Shown: one piece after another, positions 62,007-64,000 of the stretch
How the letters are laid out: every line of letters starts with the position of its first letter
Position numbering within the stretch: the first letter of the stretch is position 1
Origin: Macrostomum lignano
Taxonomy: Eukaryota
Assembly: GCA_002269645.1 (NCBI GenBank)
Contig: NIVC01000992.1
Span: 1-64,000, forward strand
Direction of reading: 5' to 3'
Length of the DNA: 64,000 nucleotides
The notes under the pieces: model-generated
The model's input: only the letters and a program-made list of their open reading frames with translations
Told to the model about the DNA's origin: nothing
Databases searched by the model: none
Position numbers and translations under genes: made by a program

Positions 62007-62699
62007 TCAGTCCACCTTCTTATATACTTTTCTGGCAGGCAGTTTCAGCCAGGCTGTGTTGCTCCCGTACCCCTTGACTAGACTCTCCTGTTCTTTCTCC
62101 AGTTCACTCCCTCTGCTGGTTGCCATTTTCTTCTTAACTGATTTACCAATAGCGGAAAGCGGAACATTAAGCTTTTTCTGCTGCAGAAAATCGATGAACT
62201 CGTTCCACCCAACTGGTTCACGCTCACATGGCGAATCCCTCACTGCGTGCTGAATCAAGTCCAGTATGTTTGAGGAAGGGATTGACGTGCCTGCGATTTC
62301 CACCTCCCCGTTTTCACAAACTCGAATCAGCTCTGGATTGGTGGACAGGATCGTCCACAGACTGCGAGCCCTGGTTTTGAATTTCTGTGGCACCGACTTG
62401 CTGATCTTCTCTTCCCAGGTGTTCATCTGGGGTGTCTCTGTTTTCATCAACTTGGCTTCAGTATTTCGTGATCCTTCTTTTCCAGCGTGCTTGCGCTTGG
62501 CCAGCAAACTTTGCATTGCACTTTGGTACATGGCGGTTTTCACATCTTCTGGACAATCCTCGGCATACAAGATGTCATCGCATTTCTTCTGAGCCTGCTT
62601 CAAGTCAGCTTCAGTGGTAGTCTCATTTGGCTTCAAATTCTGCATCAACATCTCATACTCTGCTTTAGGAATCAGAACCATTTCTGAAAATTTGTTCAT
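62007..62699 (-). CDS. conserved Polinton hypothetical protein (230 aa)
   Basis: N-terminal MVLIP and C-terminal NGEV.I.G..IP.SNILDL...PVGW.EF...LNVP..IG pattern, as recurrently seen in animal Polintons. Confidence 0.75.
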   Translation of the reverse strand: MNKFSEMVLIPKAEYEMLMQNLKPNETTTEADLKQAQKKCDDILYAEDCPEDVKTAMYQSAMQSLLAKRKHAGKEGSRNTEAKLMKTETPQMNTWEEKISKSVPQKFKTRARSLWTILSTNPELIRVCENGEVEIAGTSIPSSNILDLIQHAVRDSPCEREPVGWNEFIDFLQQKKLNVPLSAIGKSVKKKMATSRGSELEKEQESLVKGYGSNTAWLKLPARKVYKKVD

Positions 62700-62983
62700 T
62701 TTGCTTCTTCTTCTTTACCAGCTTAAGCAGAATCGGGAGTATTTTGATGAAGCCAGCCTTCAACAAGTCTGTCTTTCTTCTTTTGTGAGTAATTTTTCGA
62801 ATTATCTCTTTTGACTTTGCAAGAACAGCTTTTTCATCGAGCGAAAACGATAGATTGTTTTGTAAGAGATTATGGCAGGCCTCGACAAGAAAATAACGCA
62901 CTTCTTTTGGACAATTTTTTATCAACAGCCGCTTGAAGCGCACGGTATATTTAGGTGACGCAAGAACCGCAAAAAACTTGCAT
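62665..62983 (-). CDS. small basic Polinton protein, possible core/pX-like protein (one-base frameshift near the start)
   Basis: The track ORF 62665-62943 starts at GTG. Removing one A from the run at 62971-62976 links it to ATG 62983, giving MQVFAVLASPKYTVRFKRLL. Lys/Arg-rich, with LVEACHNLLQNNL and a KAGFIKILPILL motif. Confidence 0.65.
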
Positions 62984-62988
62984 GTGAA

Positions 62989-63722
62989 TCAAGCACTTCC
63001 ATAGCGATGAAAACAATAGCTGATAAAAACAAGCTTCACTTTCTTAAGCAAATACAAGATGGGGTCGCTGGTTGGGCAAATTCTGGCCCGCACTCGCAGC
63101 TCATCGGGAGTTGATGGTGAAAATCCAGGAACAGGTAAGCTCCCCTGCCCTGCGCGGTCACGTGCTTGAACACTGACAGCAGAAAGCCGGGCTTCTCTGT
63201 AAAGCACTGCCTGCCCAGTGCTGCAATCTGCAGCTGGTCTCTGGGGTTTTTCAAGATAGCTAAATACATTACATTCAAGCTCATTGTTCGCGACTCTTTT
63301 CCCTTGAAAAATATATTCTGAGTCAGCATCACCAAGAAGCACGGCAAGTGATGTGCGATTCCTGTGAAAAAATTTCGCATTGAAGCAGAGTTTGAAGTTT
63401 CCTCTATTAAGTCATCGAAAACAACCAGGTCATTGGGCCTAAGTGCTGCCTCGATGTTGGTGGGAAATCCCTGGCGCAGCTGCACACCTAGGCTGCTCAG
63501 TTCTGCATGGCCTGCCTGTGAGATCCCATAGTACCACAGAACTCTGCCAGGCTTCACATCAAACATGACGTCTCTGTACTGGATCAGGTGTTTGACAAAG
63601 GTTGTTTTTCCTGCATTGGTGGGCCCGCAGACAATCATGCAGCTTCCCTGCCTGAGGCGGATATCGTAGCAAACTTGCTTTTCTCCCATGTTTAATGCAT
63701 AAATATTAGAAATCACGGACAT
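62989..63722 (-). CDS. A32/FtsK-like genome packaging ATPase (frameshift near 63116)
   Basis: Walker A GPTNAGKT, Walker B LVVFDD, then AHH, TQNIF..SRTMSLN, KNPRD and YLFLDF. The C-terminal TPDELRVRARI continues in the 62989-63342 frame. Confidence 0.93.
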
Positions 63723-64000
63723 CTTTTTCTTAAGTTGGCTTCAAACCTCTGTAAGATTCTATCATTCAAATGATTTTTTTCATTAGCATGCAAATGCTTC
63801 AAAATCCCCTCAAATGACCGATTGAACAGAAACTTTTGATAAGCAAAATAGATGCAAAACACTCCGCATTTATTAGAGTTAGCACATTGAACTCTGTTTA
63901 TATTGCTTCGGAGCCAAAAGCCAGTTGTTTTAATCTCTCGAAACAAATTATAAACCAAAGATAAAATTTCAGGTTCCCAGCCGAGGGAGTTGAACAACTC
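63713..64000 (-). CDS. adenain-like cysteine protease, C-terminal half (N-terminus beyond the window)
   Basis: FNSLG.EP (FDSYG-type motif), VQ..NSNKCGVFC.YF (catalytic Gln/Cys region) and ND..L near the end. Confidence 0.88.
   Translation of the reverse strand, partial: ELFNSLGWEPEILSLVYNLFREIKTTGFWLRSNINRVQCANSNKCGVFCIYFAYQKFLFNRSFEGILKHLHANEKNHLNDRILQRFEANLRKRCP

Larger units (their letters stand above)
50750..64000. mobile_element. Polinton/Maverick (virus-like DNA transposon), one arm; continues beyond the window end; left boundary uncertain
   Basis: Protein-primed PolB, A32/FtsK-like packaging ATPase, adenain-like protease and conserved Polinton-type small ORFs in a compact convergent layout. 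Integrase and capsid genes are not in the window. The terminus was not located, so the start coordinate is approximate. Confidence 0.9.

Overview
Eukaryotic (animal) genomic DNA. A flatworm such as Macrostomum is plausible, but this is inferred only from sequence style and gene content. Roughly half the window is mini- and microsatellite arrays, and most ORFs in the track are artefacts of these arrays. Two intronless host genes are present: an orphan class A GPCR (18038-19372, -) and a Frizzled receptor (41566-43629, +). Mobile elements: a pogo/Fot1-type DNA-binding ORF (2166-2546, -); a full-length, intact RTE-clade LINE with a 10-bp TSD, about 110 bp downstream of the GPCR stop codon; a 1478-bp non-autonomous hAT element with a perfect 8-bp TSD; and two tiny hAT-like insertions (53 bp and 24 bp) with perfect 8-bp TSDs. 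From about 50.7 kb to the window end lies one arm of a Polinton/Maverick virus-like element. It encodes a protein-primed PolB, a packaging ATPase, an adenain-like protease, a small basic protein, a DEDD-like nuclease and conserved hypothetical proteins. The main highlight is that this Polinton encodes its own two-repeat TATA-binding-protein (TBP) homologue (60885-61457, -). It also carries TATA boxes and a Cys/His-rich, acidic ORF at its left end, suggesting a self-encoded transcription module. Three Polinton genes are each broken by a single-base homopolymer indel, which may be assembly error. The PolB appears to gain a repeat-rich N-terminal exon by splicing.
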